A stretch of 64,000 nt of DNA, taken from positions 1 through 64,000 of IMG/VR virus record IMGVR_UViG_3300021371_000004; one strand, given 5' to 3'. Position numbers and translations under genes: made by a program. Below the pieces are notes generated by a model. It was not told where the DNA came from and did no database searches. It saw nothing but the letters and a program-made list of their open reading frames with translations. Below are positions 54,600-64,000 of the stretch, piece after piece (position 1 is the first letter of the stretch; the number at the start of each line of letters is the position of its first letter). Source of the stretch: a virus.

Positions 54600-55342
54600 A
54601 ATTTTATTTTACTCAGGTCTCTTTCTATTCTAGAGGAAAGGTGGACAAGTACTGCGTTATCCCTCGGCCAATCTGTTACATTTAGACTCGCCCAGTGGTT
54701 CCACCGAAGGTTATCTTTAAAACCTTCGACGATAAGGGGTTTGTATTTAGGTTCCTTGTTCACCAACCACCAAAGGGTGAACTGGTCCCAACGCGCCAGA
54801 CTCTTTGGGTAGAGTTCATAGTCAAATTGCCCATTTTCGTTAATAGGCCACCAGTCTCCGTTATGCTGCTGTACATATTTATCATACCATTCTTGCATAA
54901 ACTGCATGACAAGTTCAGACTTACGGTAAAGGCAGACCCCGCCGCACAGTTCAAAGGTTCCTCCAGGAAACTCAACCTCAGCGAATATATGCCAGTGTTC
55001 TCTTTGCAGTTTAGCGAAAACCATATCTGCTTCGCCCAACTCGTCAAACACCTTAGATATGTCTTCGTGCATAACTTCCATATCAACGTCGAGATAGAAG
55101 GTTGTGTCCCATGGGGTGTTTGCCATGCCCCAAAGTTTCGCCCTGACATGGTCATCGCAGAAAATAACTTTGTCAGCCTCATCTGCCCTGTGATCAAGAA
55201 ACCTTTCCTCGGTCACCAAGCAGATATTTGCTTCGGGGTGGAAGTCTCTTATTCCTTCGATTAGGTTGCATGCCCAACTGTAGTAGATTTCTTTAGTGGA
55301 AGCGACCAGGAGATATCCTTCGGACTTTTTACTCGGCATCAT
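54596..55342 (-). CDS. GT-A fold nucleotide-diphospho-sugar transferase
   Basis: RAKL...TPWDTTFYLDVD (DxD), GGVCLY, WDQFTLWWL, VLVHLS. Confidence 0.8.
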   Translation of the reverse strand: MMPSKKSEGYLLVASTKEIYYSWACNLIEGIRDFHPEANICLVTEERFLDHRADEADKVIFCDDHVRAKLWGMANTPWDTTFYLDVDMEVMHEDISKVFDELGEADMVFAKLQREHWHIFAEVEFPGGTFELCGGVCLYRKSELVMQFMQEWYDKYVQQHNGDWWPINENGQFDYELYPKSLARWDQFTLWWLVNKEPKYKPLIVEGFKDNLRWNHWASLNVTDWPRDNAVLVHLSSRIERDLSKIKL

Positions 55343-55799
55343 AAGTGACAAAACCGATTCCATTTTCTTCCATCATAATAAGTTGTGCGTACATGTACAA
55401 CTCAACTTGCGTCTTGGACCTACGCAACTTCTTCTTGAGTTCTTTGTTTTTTGTTTTAGAGATGCATTCTATTTCTAGAATTTTTATCTTTGAATTGAAC
55501 AGGTGTTCTAGATCTCGAGCAGATTCTTCAGACTTCTTTCTGGCGAGGTGCAGCTGCCTTTCATTTTCCTTCCTTTCCTTTCTTTCTTTGGTGTTAGAAT
55601 CAATCTTTTCGATTCCCAAAGAATCTATCAGTTCTTCATAGTCTGCGTTGACCGCGCCTTGCGGAGAAAATTTGCGGACGGTCAAGACCTGTGTAATTTT
55701 TCTCCCATCATCATCCTCAATATTGAGGATTGCCTCGGCGACCTCTTTAGTATCATTGTGCCAAAATGCATTATCCTGCCAAGTTCTTTTCGAGGCCAC
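55329..55799 (-). CDS. Hypothetical protein
   Basis: 156 aa, GTG start with GGAG SD; LF..K.KILEI...KLRRSK. Confidence 0.7.
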   Translation of the reverse strand: MASKRTWQDNAFWHNDTKEVAEAILNIEDDDGRKITQVLTVRKFSPQGAVNADYEELIDSLGIEKIDSNTKERKERKENERQLHLARKKSEESARDLEHLFNSKIKILEIECISKTKNKELKKKLRRSKTQVELYMYAQLIMMEENGIGFVTYDAE

Positions 55800-55839
55800 G
55801 TTAAATCTCCATAATTAACTGTTACTGATTATATGTATA

Positions 55840-57762
55840 TTACTCTGAAACTTTGACCCACAGAGTATATGAGTTTATTGTTTCTGTTGGATTCGTCACA
55901 GTACTGCCATCATACGAAATAGTGAACTGTTCTGTGAAACTTGCGTTCGAATATCCAGTATACTGTCCAGTGAAATTACCTGTGTACGGAACCTGTATTA
56001 TTGACGGTCTTTGTATAGGTGTTGGTCCGGTGTATTGTCCATCAAACTGACGTTCTCCGGTGTATTGTCCGTCAAAGGTTCTCTGTCCGGTGTACGGCGA
56101 CAACCATTGGCGTTGTCCATCAAACTGACGTTCTCCAGCAAAGGGGCGGTTGACCTGTATAGTACCATAGGTGGTCAAGTATACAACGAAGTACTGCGTG
56201 TATTGACCCGTAAACTGGCGAGTTCCCGCGTACGAGACCACCCTGGAGAAGTATCCAGTACCAATGTAGTACCGGGCGAAGGATTTGTTAACAAGTTGAT
56301 ACTTTCCCGAACCTTGGAACCCGCGTCCGCCAAGGAAACCATTGAAGTAACTTGCTGTCACATAGTTTATGAACCTGTTCGCGTCTATTCGAAGGTACTG
56401 TCCGGTATAATATCTCACATAAGCGGCAGGACCGGAGCGGTTGATGTAGATCAGGAAATTTTGTAAAGGTCCTTCGAAGGATCGATTGGCCTGCGCAGTG
56501 ATGATGTATTTGTCTTCACCATAGGACGTTGTGTTTACTTGTTTGTAGACATCAACAAACCTTGTATATTGTCCGGCATAGTTTGTTTGTTTTTGATGTA
56601 CAATTTCTTTTTGCACTGAACCGGCAAATAGAGAATTAGTTCCTTTTTGAAAGTTTGTCCTAAACCCGTCAAATTGGGTCTGACGAAAACCATCGTATTG
56701 TATCGGCGTAGGTTCTTGTCGAATACTGGTATATTCTCCATCGTACTGAGCACTATATTCCTCTACTCTGGTGGAACCGTCTATTGGTTCACTGTTGTAT
56801 TGTAAGTTTTCTACGGTGTTTCTTGTGTCAAGTATTGTGCCTCTCTCCGACCAAACGCCCGTTTCTCCTTCGCCATTCGGTGTTTCGTTATCCACCAAAA
56901 GTCTATACCTACCGATGTCAGTATACTTTCTTGCATGGCGCACACACTGAGTTATTGCTATACTTTCTTCAGAGCTGGACAATTGTCGAAGACTGACCCC
57001 AGTTCCGGTTGTGTCTATTACGGCGAGTCCGTATCCTGTTCCCACAAGGTCGCCCACATCGAGTGCAGGGGTAGAAGGGTATGGGGTGCCAGTAAGGGGT
57101 GTGTTGTTGATAACAGATTCTTCTAAAGAAGAGTTTGCCAACTTTCTCCAAAGACTGTATCTGGTTGTTCCTCCAGCAGTCTCGTCTTGATATACCTGGT
57201 CATTCCACATTTCCCAAGTTCCGTCGGTAGGGGAATTTAATGCAAGACGAAAAGCACCAGCATACTCTTGATTGAGGTGTTCAGAGAGTATACGTTTACC
57301 GAACCTCACAATACTGTCTGAATCCATCTCACGAATGTCCCCATTACCATCTTGGTAACACAAGCGGAGGTCGGGGTCGGGATAGTTCATTCGCGGTTTA
57401 GTGGTCGCAGAATCGGTGCTCTGTTTAATAGAACGACCAGTTGTTTGAATTGTTAGGGTAGTTCCGTTATGCCCCTCATGATCACCCACAGCGTTGTCAT
57501 AATTGGTGTTAGTATATGTGCCGATGTTGATGTTATCCATACTGGTGTCGACAGTGGTGCCGAGGTATGCGTCAAGAGAACCGTGATAGTTCCTGTCACC
57601 AGAAGCAGGTTTTGGATATTGAGAAAGAAGATACTCCTCCGCGATAGAAGAATAATGTTTCTCTACTATTTCATCAAGGGGCCAGAGCGTATCAACCGGC
57701 GTCGACAACGATCCATTAAGTGTGGTCGATATCGCCAGAGGTGTATCAGAATCAGTTCTCAT
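55840..57762 (-). CDS. Putative virion protein with Y/F-x-G repeats
   Basis: YTGQRTFDGQYTGERQFDGQYTG; 30-bp DNA repeats at about 56020-56140. Confidence 0.7.
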   Translation of the reverse strand: MRTDSDTPLAISTTLNGSLSTPVDTLWPLDEIVEKHYSSIAEEYLLSQYPKPASGDRNYHGSLDAYLGTTVDTSMDNINIGTYTNTNYDNAVGDHEGHNGTTLTIQTTGRSIKQSTDSATTKPRMNYPDPDLRLCYQDGNGDIREMDSDSIVRFGKRILSEHLNQEYAGAFRLALNSPTDGTWEMWNDQVYQDETAGGTTRYSLWRKLANSSLEESVINNTPLTGTPYPSTPALDVGDLVGTGYGLAVIDTTGTGVSLRQLSSSEESIAITQCVRHARKYTDIGRYRLLVDNETPNGEGETGVWSERGTILDTRNTVENLQYNSEPIDGSTRVEEYSAQYDGEYTSIRQEPTPIQYDGFRQTQFDGFRTNFQKGTNSLFAGSVQKEIVHQKQTNYAGQYTRFVDVYKQVNTTSYGEDKYIITAQANRSFEGPLQNFLIYINRSGPAAYVRYYTGQYLRIDANRFINYVTASYFNGFLGGRGFQGSGKYQLVNKSFARYYIGTGYFSRVVSYAGTRQFTGQYTQYFVVYLTTYGTIQVNRPFAGERQFDGQRQWLSPYTGQRTFDGQYTGERQFDGQYTGPTPIQRPSIIQVPYTGNFTGQYTGYSNASFTEQFTISYDGSTVTNPTETINSYTLWVKVSE

Positions 57763-57770
57763 TTAAAACC

Positions 57771-58430
57771 TTATGGGTTTAACAACGTGCCAGATGCATC
57801 ATATATATTAGGTATACGGGCGTTTACCTCATCAATTGCGCCATGTACCGTGTTGGCAGATATTTCAGTGCTGGTTATACTACCAGTGCCCGAAGATGGC
57901 AGAGTGACCGAACCATAGAACTCCGCGTTGGCGTCAGTGAATCTGAGGGCATTCGTACCGCTTGCGCCTGACCGAATCCTTAATTGACCTGACGCGTTGG
58001 TGGAGAGTTGTCCAAAGTTGACCCCATTATCTCGTAGTACGATGTCATTGCCTGTTGCATCAAGGACGATATCGTTTGGGGTGATAATCTGGAAAGTTCC
58101 AGAGGCATTGATTCTGTTGGCACTGGCATCAAACACTGTTTCTATTTCATTGACAGCAGCAACCAAGCTGGACTTATCGGTGGTGGCCAGGGATGACAGA
58201 ACACCTATGTCGCCATCAAGTTCATTGATGGCGTCGACCAAAGATTTGCCTGTGGTCGTCAAACCAGAAAGTTCGAAAGAAGAACCGGAGAGGGGTCCAA
58301 ATGCAGAATCGAGGTATGCAAGGTCAGAGTCTAACTGAGTTCTTCCAAGGTTGAGTTTATCTACCAGTTGCTGGAAAGTGTCCGTGTTCTGATATATTGG
58401 TTGCGCTTTTGGTTGCCATTCGATAGTCAT
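57771..58430 (-). CDS. Putative fibre/structural protein
   Basis: Duplicated LTTT.KSLVDAINEL / LATTDKSSLVAAVNEI motif typical of fibre proteins. Confidence 0.7.
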   Translation of the reverse strand: MTIEWQPKAQPIYQNTDTFQQLVDKLNLGRTQLDSDLAYLDSAFGPLSGSSFELSGLTTTGKSLVDAINELDGDIGVLSSLATTDKSSLVAAVNEIETVFDASANRINASGTFQIITPNDIVLDATGNDIVLRDNGVNFGQLSTNASGQLRIRSGASGTNALRFTDANAEFYGSVTLPSSGTGSITSTEISANTVHGAIDEVNARIPNIYDASGTLLNP

Positions 58431-58431
58431 G

Positions 58432-58659
58432 TTATCTTCCTACGAGTTCTTTTATCAGTTCTTTTAGTTCTGTTATTTCTGATTTGAGATTAGAGACTTC
58501 TGCCTCGATACTTTCCTTTCGCGCTTCCTCAAGAATACGATTCTCCTTGCGCTTTCGAGCAAGGAGAATCTCTTCTTCGTTCGTATTTATAACAGTCCCC
58601 GTTTCTGGGTTCTTATATAATCCAGAACCACCATCAACCTTTAGGTAATCCCGAATCAT
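58432..58659 (-). CDS. Small coiled-coil protein following the VrlC-like gene
   Basis: KVDG.SGLYKNPETG.VIN plus C-terminal heptads. Confidence 0.75.
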   Translation of the reverse strand: MIRDYLKVDGGSGLYKNPETGTVINTNEEEILLARKRKENRILEEARKESIEAEVSNLKSEITELKELIKELVGR

Positions 58660-61600
58660 ATCAGAGCAATTGCCCTAATAGATTCGATAACAGGAGACTG
58701 ACAAGTGTTGGATGATTTCAAAACCAACTTCACTTGAAAGGAAACAAAGTCCGGAAGGTCTCCGTTTTCTCCGCCAATGAGGTAACGATATTCACTGAAA
58801 GTCAGATCATCTTCATTATTAACCCAGACAGACTTCGCGGGGTCGTTTTGCGGAGTAACAAGTACCCAATCTTTCTGGTAAAGGTTTTCGTCTGCCTCAG
58901 CGCCAGTCCTATAATACAGGTCGAAATCTGCACTTGGGGGAACATACATATCGCAAAGAACTTTAAGACCAGACGCTGCTTGTTGCAACTGAACAACCTT
59001 CGTTATGTGCTTAGAAGGACTGGTTCCCAGAGTTGGGTGCGTCTCCGCCACAAAGTTTGCTGGCTTGTTCTTAACGAGGGTTGCTGCTTCTCCCGCAGAA
59101 TCAACTTGGTTATCGATAACGTTATTCATGACAATCATGCCAAGAGACTGTGTATCGATGACAGGCGAAACGTCAGAAACATATCCATTACCAGCAGCAG
59201 ATGCAGCCAGGGTTCCGCCGAAAGACGATATTTGATCGGAGAACAATTCTGCTCCGATGATTATCGAGGGCGCTGAATCATTCAGGTTCGCTATTTCAGA
59301 GTACTCTTGCTCGGCGTTGCCGACATACTTCGGAGTTTCAAAGTAGTGTGTCCCGCCATTTTCAAGGGAAGTTGTTTGGTTATCAATGTCAAACCTGGGG
59401 TCACTAACTCCAGTTGAAGAGATTTGAGAATGATTCACTCCGCTAACGAATGAACCGGAATATTTGATTCCGCAACGTTCGAATTGCATGTCTTGAAAGA
59501 GCAACGTGGCGTTATCTAAAGGCATTGCCCTGTTGGTCTCAATTGCGCTGGAACCAAATGACCCAGAACTGTCAAAACTCCCAGAAGAAAGTGCAACATA
59601 GTAACCGTTCACATCAGGGTCAACAACCTCATTGGATGCATCGGAGATAACAGAAGAAGTAATTCCTTTGTAAGTTCCTGAAGGAAGACCTTCCATCGAA
59701 ACGAGGTCGCCCACGCCTAGTCCATGATTGGGGTGCTCGACCCTGAATCGGGTGGGGTCGTCAGAATCTACGCTCAAAGAAGTACTGTAGTTGTGCATGT
59801 ATTTCTCTAGAGGATTGTTATAGAAATTCGCTCCGCCAAGTTGTTTAAATTTAGCGGTGTAGATACGGTACGTCAAATCTTGATTCTGTTTCGGGGTCCA
59901 GGTGGAACCGTTCTGCGAGAGAAACAAGGAACCCTTCGAGGGTTGTTTGTTGATCCTTCTGCCCGTTGAACCCAAACTCAAATCATATGTAGAAGCAACG
60001 TATGCTTCATAGTTGTCTGTCTCTGCGAGAAGAACAAATGCATACTCGTCGCCGGAGCGCAGATACACTGGTTCTTTGAACTTCATTTTAACAGGGCGTT
60101 CCAGAACTTTGCTTCTGCGATCGAGGTCGTACCCAGCAGCAAAGGTTGCATCATATGCGGAATCCGCGCTGATAAAGACTGAGTGCTGTTCGCTAATAGC
60201 GTCTCTGTCAGGAACACCATTATCAACGCTCCTAATCTGGAGTTGAAGAGGTATCGCGAGGTCAGTACCGCCTTTGTTTGATGTTATTGGCGTTTTGTGT
60301 AAGAAAATATCAATTTCCGTTACAAAGACGCCAGGAACCCCAGAACCTCCATCTACAGTAAATGTCTGGGCAAGGGGATCCCTTGGTTGCCACATACCCC
60401 AGTTGACAGTGTTTGTCGTACTCGTAGAAATAGTATCGCTTCTCGATTCCAGAGTGCTCCTGAAGGCGATTGTTCTGGTTGTCTTGAGTTCCCGTTGCCT
60501 CACATTAACATTACCCTGAGCGGTGTATGTGGAACGCGCCATAGAAAGGGCATTCCCTTCCTTGTCGATAGAAACATCTAAAAGTTTAACAGGCAGTGTT
60601 CCGCATCGAAACTTCCAACCGGTCGCGTTCAAAGCATTGACAGACTTCACAGAACCGTATTCTTTCGCATTCCTTCTACTGTTCTTCTGCCATTGTTCCC
60701 ACTCTTTAACAGAATTGAACCGAGAAGATTTTGGCACAGGTACAGCAGCGTTATTGGGTATCCACAACTCAAAGTATAACTCGCCCCGTTCATCGGTAAT
60801 GAGTTTCTGGGAAGCAGCATCAACATAAAATGGGTGGCGTACAATGTTCACATTGGAAGGAGAATATTCTTTCCTGTGTTGCCCGTTGTCTATATCTTGC
60901 TGCCATGCAGTCTTGGTTCGAACCTTCGTCCACTGCTGCATAGCAACACCGTCCATGAATGCCCAGTAGCGAGTGTTTGGTCGCAAACCTTCTGCCATGG
61001 CATATACACGTCTTTGGCGCATAAACGGAACAGAAAGAATAGCAACTCTCTTGTCGCCGACAACCGTTGTGGCAGAGGTATCGGAAACCAACTCGTTTCG
61101 TACCCTTTGGGTCAATCGAACAACCGAGGTGGTTGTCGTAGTTACCCTTCTCTGTTGGAACCAGCGTCCACTCCACCGACCACCACCAGCGTTTCTTGTA
61201 CGCGAAGAAGTTCTGGAAAATGTTGTTGTACGTGGGATGACAGGTTCGCCGACTCTACGGAAAATCAACTCAGCATTTGTTTGTTTGTCGGGCAACCTTC
61301 TGTTGTCGAACCATATGTCTCGAGCAGGGTTCAGTCGAAGAACACCTTCTCCCATAAACACGTTGAATGGGTTTACGTTATAGTAACCACTTTCTTCGTA
61401 GTCGGCACCTGGACCTTTCCAAGAGATCATCTCCTGTTTCATCGTTGGGTCGAGAACGCTGACATAGTCTAGCATTACGTTGTCGCCGGCAACCTTGGTG
61501 TTTTCTGCAGTAACAGGTCTTCGGGAAGATTGTGTTATGCCGTTCTTGTCTAATACAAACCCTACGTTTTCTTGGGCGAGTTTACTATGCATAGTAAAAT

Positions 61601-64000
61601 TGCCCTCGTCGAGAGAAGAAGTTGCGAAGGAAGCATCGTCAATGAATTCGTTTTCAATCGTGGAAGCAGTGAATGCAACTCCTTTTGAAAAGTCGTCGAC
61701 AAAGAAACCAGTCTTACTTCGAATTTCTCCAGAGGAATTCAACTCAACAAGGTTGGCCGCTTCATTTTCGAGCGTGGATAACGAAACAGTTTCTTCCAAT
61801 TGCGAAACACGTTTGCTAATCTCGTTAATGTCTGTCATTTTGTAAGAACGATAAGTCCTGCGATTGAACCCGATGTCGGTGACACCCTTGGTGTTACCGC
61901 GCATCAATACATCAAACAGAACCATCTCGTTCACCTTCTCAGAAGGTGCGGTTGGTTGTAGTGCCTCTTCTCCTGAATTAACTACAACAAGTGCCTTCAA
62001 GTTTTCGTCGTAAGTCACAGCAATGTGGTCTATTCGATTGTTATAAAAATCGACATTATAATTGATGTTGGATCCATCCAGAGGCATTTCAAACCTTTGA
62101 GCGGAATTTGAGGTGTCGCTCAATGGATCTAGCGTAGGACGAAAGTCTAAGCAGTTATGCAGTTCCAGTACTTCTCCAGTTGCCTTAGAAGTATAAGAAG
62201 GAATATCTCCATAAGAGAAAAAGTCTGAATCCAATTGATAGGAATTGACAGAAAAGTAATCTCCCGATGTACCGTGTTCGAAGTAACCAACTTTGCAGTA
62301 GACTGTATTCACCGAAGAACTTATTCCGTCTGGACGGAGAACTGTCGGAGCATAATAGTTGTCGCGTGCGCCACCATCAAATTCTAAAGCGTCTCCATAG
62401 TCTTCAGATCCATTAGCACTATCTTTCGCTTCTAGGAGTTCAACTCCGTCATACAGCGAGGTAAAGGCAAAGTGTTCGCCGGAAGAATCGAATGTCCTTG
62501 TTGCGGTGAAGTAATCTTCTCGGTAAATTTTACTCCTAACGGCAGGGGCATTTTTCTGGACAAGATAGAAAACTCGATAAGTATTGCCGTTGATGCCACT
62601 AGTGGTTACTGTTGCGGTTTTTCCGACAATAGAGATATTGCCGGTCGGGATGTCGTCCACAGAATTGGTTGCCTGGTTTATGAACAACCATTGACCCTCG
62701 TTGATCAGGTCTTCGTCAGATCCACATGTGATAGTTATTTCGTTACCTATTGCGTTGATTGCCAAATACCTTTGGACAGTAACCTCTGTAGGAACGATTT
62801 GTTTAACCCTTCCTCCTGGGATCTCGAACAAGGAGGTGTTCACCGTGGGATCGGTGAGGTAGAGGTTGCCGTCTTCTAGAACAGGTACAATCCCGCCAGA
62901 GACTTCGTCGTATGCCCTAATTGTTCTCGTGTCCCTAAAATTATTGGAACCATCCATCTTAACATCATAAAGGTGTACCCGATATGAATCACTATCGGCA
63001 GTATTCCTGTTGACAATGGACTTCATTCTGGCACTACCGATTATATCGCCGCCAGTATTGATGAGGTTCAATTTCTTCTGAGTTGCCAGTCCATTCGTTA
63101 ACTTTAAAGAACCGAGGGAATTGTCCTTTGCTGCTTGATCTTCTCCCGCAAAAGAAACATAGTTCTTGTATCCAGTTTGCAGAGTTTGATTCGAAATAGA
63201 AGTGAAAGATTTAGGTTTAGCAGAATTGAACTGTACAGGAACTTGATGCTCAAGACGATAACCATCGAGGTATGCGATGGGATTAGAACCCAATTGGTTA
63301 GCAGGTATCTCATAAACCATGTTGGCGGAGTCGTCGCCTTCGAAAAACTGTACATCAAAATCATTTACGATGAAGTTGCCGTGTGTATCAGAGTGGCGTG
63401 TCGCCATTCGTTTTTCTAATTGGTTGAAATTATCGGTTCCGCCCTTTATCTGTACAATCTTTGAGGCACGAACGGAAGCAAATGTAACGAAGTCTTCGGG
63501 GTCTGCAACCTGATCCCTGGTCGACAAAAACATCTGTATTCGATATCGGTCTGCTCCTGGGGAAGAAAGGTTTGGTCGACTGCCTTGGTTGTCATAAAGG
63601 TCTTCAGTATCTGCCGTTGTCACTATGTCTTGCACAACAAGGAAACCCACCTCGGCGTCTACGTTGTCGATATACTTTCCTATAACAATGGTTTGCTTGG
63701 GTGCATAGACAAAGTGTCCCTGCACATAGAACTCGGCACTCTGCATAGAAAAGAGAACGCCCTTTCCGGTGGAAGTTATCGAGGAACCAATTGGTTGGGT
63801 TCTAACGACAAGCGCAGGAAGATTGCCGTCAACTTCCGTCAGGTCTTCTGCCTCCGAAAAGACCGGAGTAGATGTTTGAACGTCCGTAGAACTGGAAGAC
63901 TGCTCAGAAGAAACATACTTACCGTACAGGGTGGGGTAGTCAGAACCAGATGCGTCAACAACATACGATACTTGGAACTTGAGTCCAGAAGTTCCTGTTT
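58656..64000 (-). CDS. Large VrlC/DUF4815-like baseplate-associated virion protein (5' end beyond window)
   Basis: PGADRY, Y.M.DI..I.KR...LE, KTGFFVDDF, NVNPFNVF, DPLAQTF, GSLFLSQNGSTWT; frame open to the window edge. Confidence 0.88.
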   Translation of the reverse strand, partial: TGTSGLKFQVSYVVDASGSDYPTLYGKYVSSEQSSSSTDVQTSTPVFSEAEDLTEVDGNLPALVVRTQPIGSSITSTGKGVLFSMQSAEFYVQGHFVYAPKQTIVIGKYIDNVDAEVGFLVVQDIVTTADTEDLYDNQGSRPNLSSPGADRYRIQMFLSTRDQVADPEDFVTFASVRASKIVQIKGGTDNFNQLEKRMATRHSDTHGNFIVNDFDVQFFEGDDSANMVYEIPANQLGSNPIAYLDGYRLEHQVPVQFNSAKPKSFTSISNQTLQTGYKNYVSFAGEDQAAKDNSLGSLKLTNGLATQKKLNLINTGGDIIGSARMKSIVNRNTADSDSYRVHLYDVKMDGSNNFRDTRTIRAYDEVSGGIVPVLEDGNLYLTDPTVNTSLFEIPGGRVKQIVPTEVTVQRYLAINAIGNEITITCGSDEDLINEGQWLFINQATNSVDDIPTGNISIVGKTATVTTSGINGNTYRVFYLVQKNAPAVRSKIYREDYFTATRTFDSSGEHFAFTSLYDGVELLEAKDSANGSEDYGDALEFDGGARDNYYAPTVLRPDGISSSVNTVYCKVGYFEHGTSGDYFSVNSYQLDSDFFSYGDIPSYTSKATGEVLELHNCLDFRPTLDPLSDTSNSAQRFEMPLDGSNINYNVDFYNNRIDHIAVTYDENLKALVVVNSGEEALQPTAPSEKVNEMVLFDVLMRGNTKGVTDIGFNRRTYRSYKMTDINEISKRVSQLEETVSLSTLENEAANLVELNSSGEIRSKTGFFVDDFSKGVAFTASTIENEFIDDASFATSSLDEGNFTMHSKLAQENVGFVLDKNGITQSSRRPVTAENTKVAGDNVMLDYVSVLDPTMKQEMISWKGPGADYEESGYYNVNPFNVFMGEGVLRLNPARDIWFDNRRLPDKQTNAELIFRRVGEPVIPRTTTFSRTSSRTRNAGGGRWSGRWFQQRRVTTTTTSVVRLTQRVRNELVSDTSATTVVGDKRVAILSVPFMRQRRVYAMAEGLRPNTRYWAFMDGVAMQQWTKVRTKTAWQQDIDNGQHRKEYSPSNVNIVRHPFYVDAASQKLITDERGELYFELWIPNNAAVPVPKSSRFNSVKEWEQWQKNSRRNAKEYGSVKSVNALNATGWKFRCGTLPVKLLDVSIDKEGNALSMARSTYTAQGNVNVRQRELKTTRTIAFRSTLESRSDTISTSTTNTVNWGMWQPRDPLAQTFTVDGGSGVPGVFVTEIDIFLHKTPITSNKGGTDLAIPLQLQIRSVDNGVPDRDAISEQHSVFISADSAYDATFAAGYDLDRRSKVLERPVKMKFKEPVYLRSGDEYAFVLLAETDNYEAYVASTYDLSLGSTGRRINKQPSKGSLFLSQNGSTWTPKQNQDLTYRIYTAKFKQLGGANFYNNPLEKYMHNYSTSLSVDSDDPTRFRVEHPNHGLGVGDLVSMEGLPSGTYKGITSSVISDASNEVVDPDVNGYYVALSSGSFDSSGSFGSSAIETNRAMPLDNATLLFQDMQFERCGIKYSGSFVSGVNHSQISSTGVSDPRFDIDNQTTSLENGGTHYFETPKYVGNAEQEYSEIANLNDSAPSIIIGAELFSDQISSFGGTLAASAAGNGYVSDVSPVIDTQSLGMIVMNNVIDNQVDSAGEAATLVKNKPANFVAETHPTLGTSPSKHITKVVQLQQAASGLKVLCDMYVPPSADFDLYYRTGAEADENLYQKDWVLVTPQNDPAKSVWVNNEDDLTFSEYRYLIGGENGDLPDFVSFQVKLVLKSSNTCQSPVIESIRAIALI

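Noticed and set aside
55840-57762. Diversity-generating retroelement target
   Set aside because: No reverse transcriptase and no template/variable repeat pair differing at adenines seen in the window.

Overview
A 64-kb segment of a large T4-like myovirus, with gene order resembling marine cyanophage/pelagiphage-type T4 relatives; essentially everything is encoded on the minus strand. Read in transcription order (right to left), it carries: virion/fibre genes (a VrlC/DUF4815-like protein and a 1452-aa Ser/Thr-rich repeat protein next to a glycosyltransferase and a 2OG-Fe(II) oxygenase); the neck-terminase-tail-head block (gp13-gp23, with a GIY-YIG homing endonuclease and an apparently frameshifted gp15); gp3, uvsY, uvsW, gp55, gp47, gp46; an inserted DNA-hypermodification cluster; a CobT/CobS-like VWA-AAA+ pair; the replisome (gp45, gp44, gp62, regA, gp43, an AEP-type primase candidate, thyX, uvsX, gp40, gp41); three tRNAs; and small accessory genes including an ACP-like protein. 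The best candidate for a new system is the cluster at 21191-26258: TET/JBP oxygenase + P-loop hm-pyrimidine DNA kinase + amino acid:DNA transferase + stand-alone Ntn amidotransferase + GNAT, in a ThyX phage. Three of these enzymes, and a Zn-finger protein within the cluster, end in the same clamp-binding LxxF(F/L) peptide as gp43, suggesting replisome-tethered post-replicative base modification. Also seen by eye: strong RGCY depletion and two distinct sigma70-type promoter classes, one with an IHF site at fixed spacing. All family assignments come from motif recognition by eye, not database searches.
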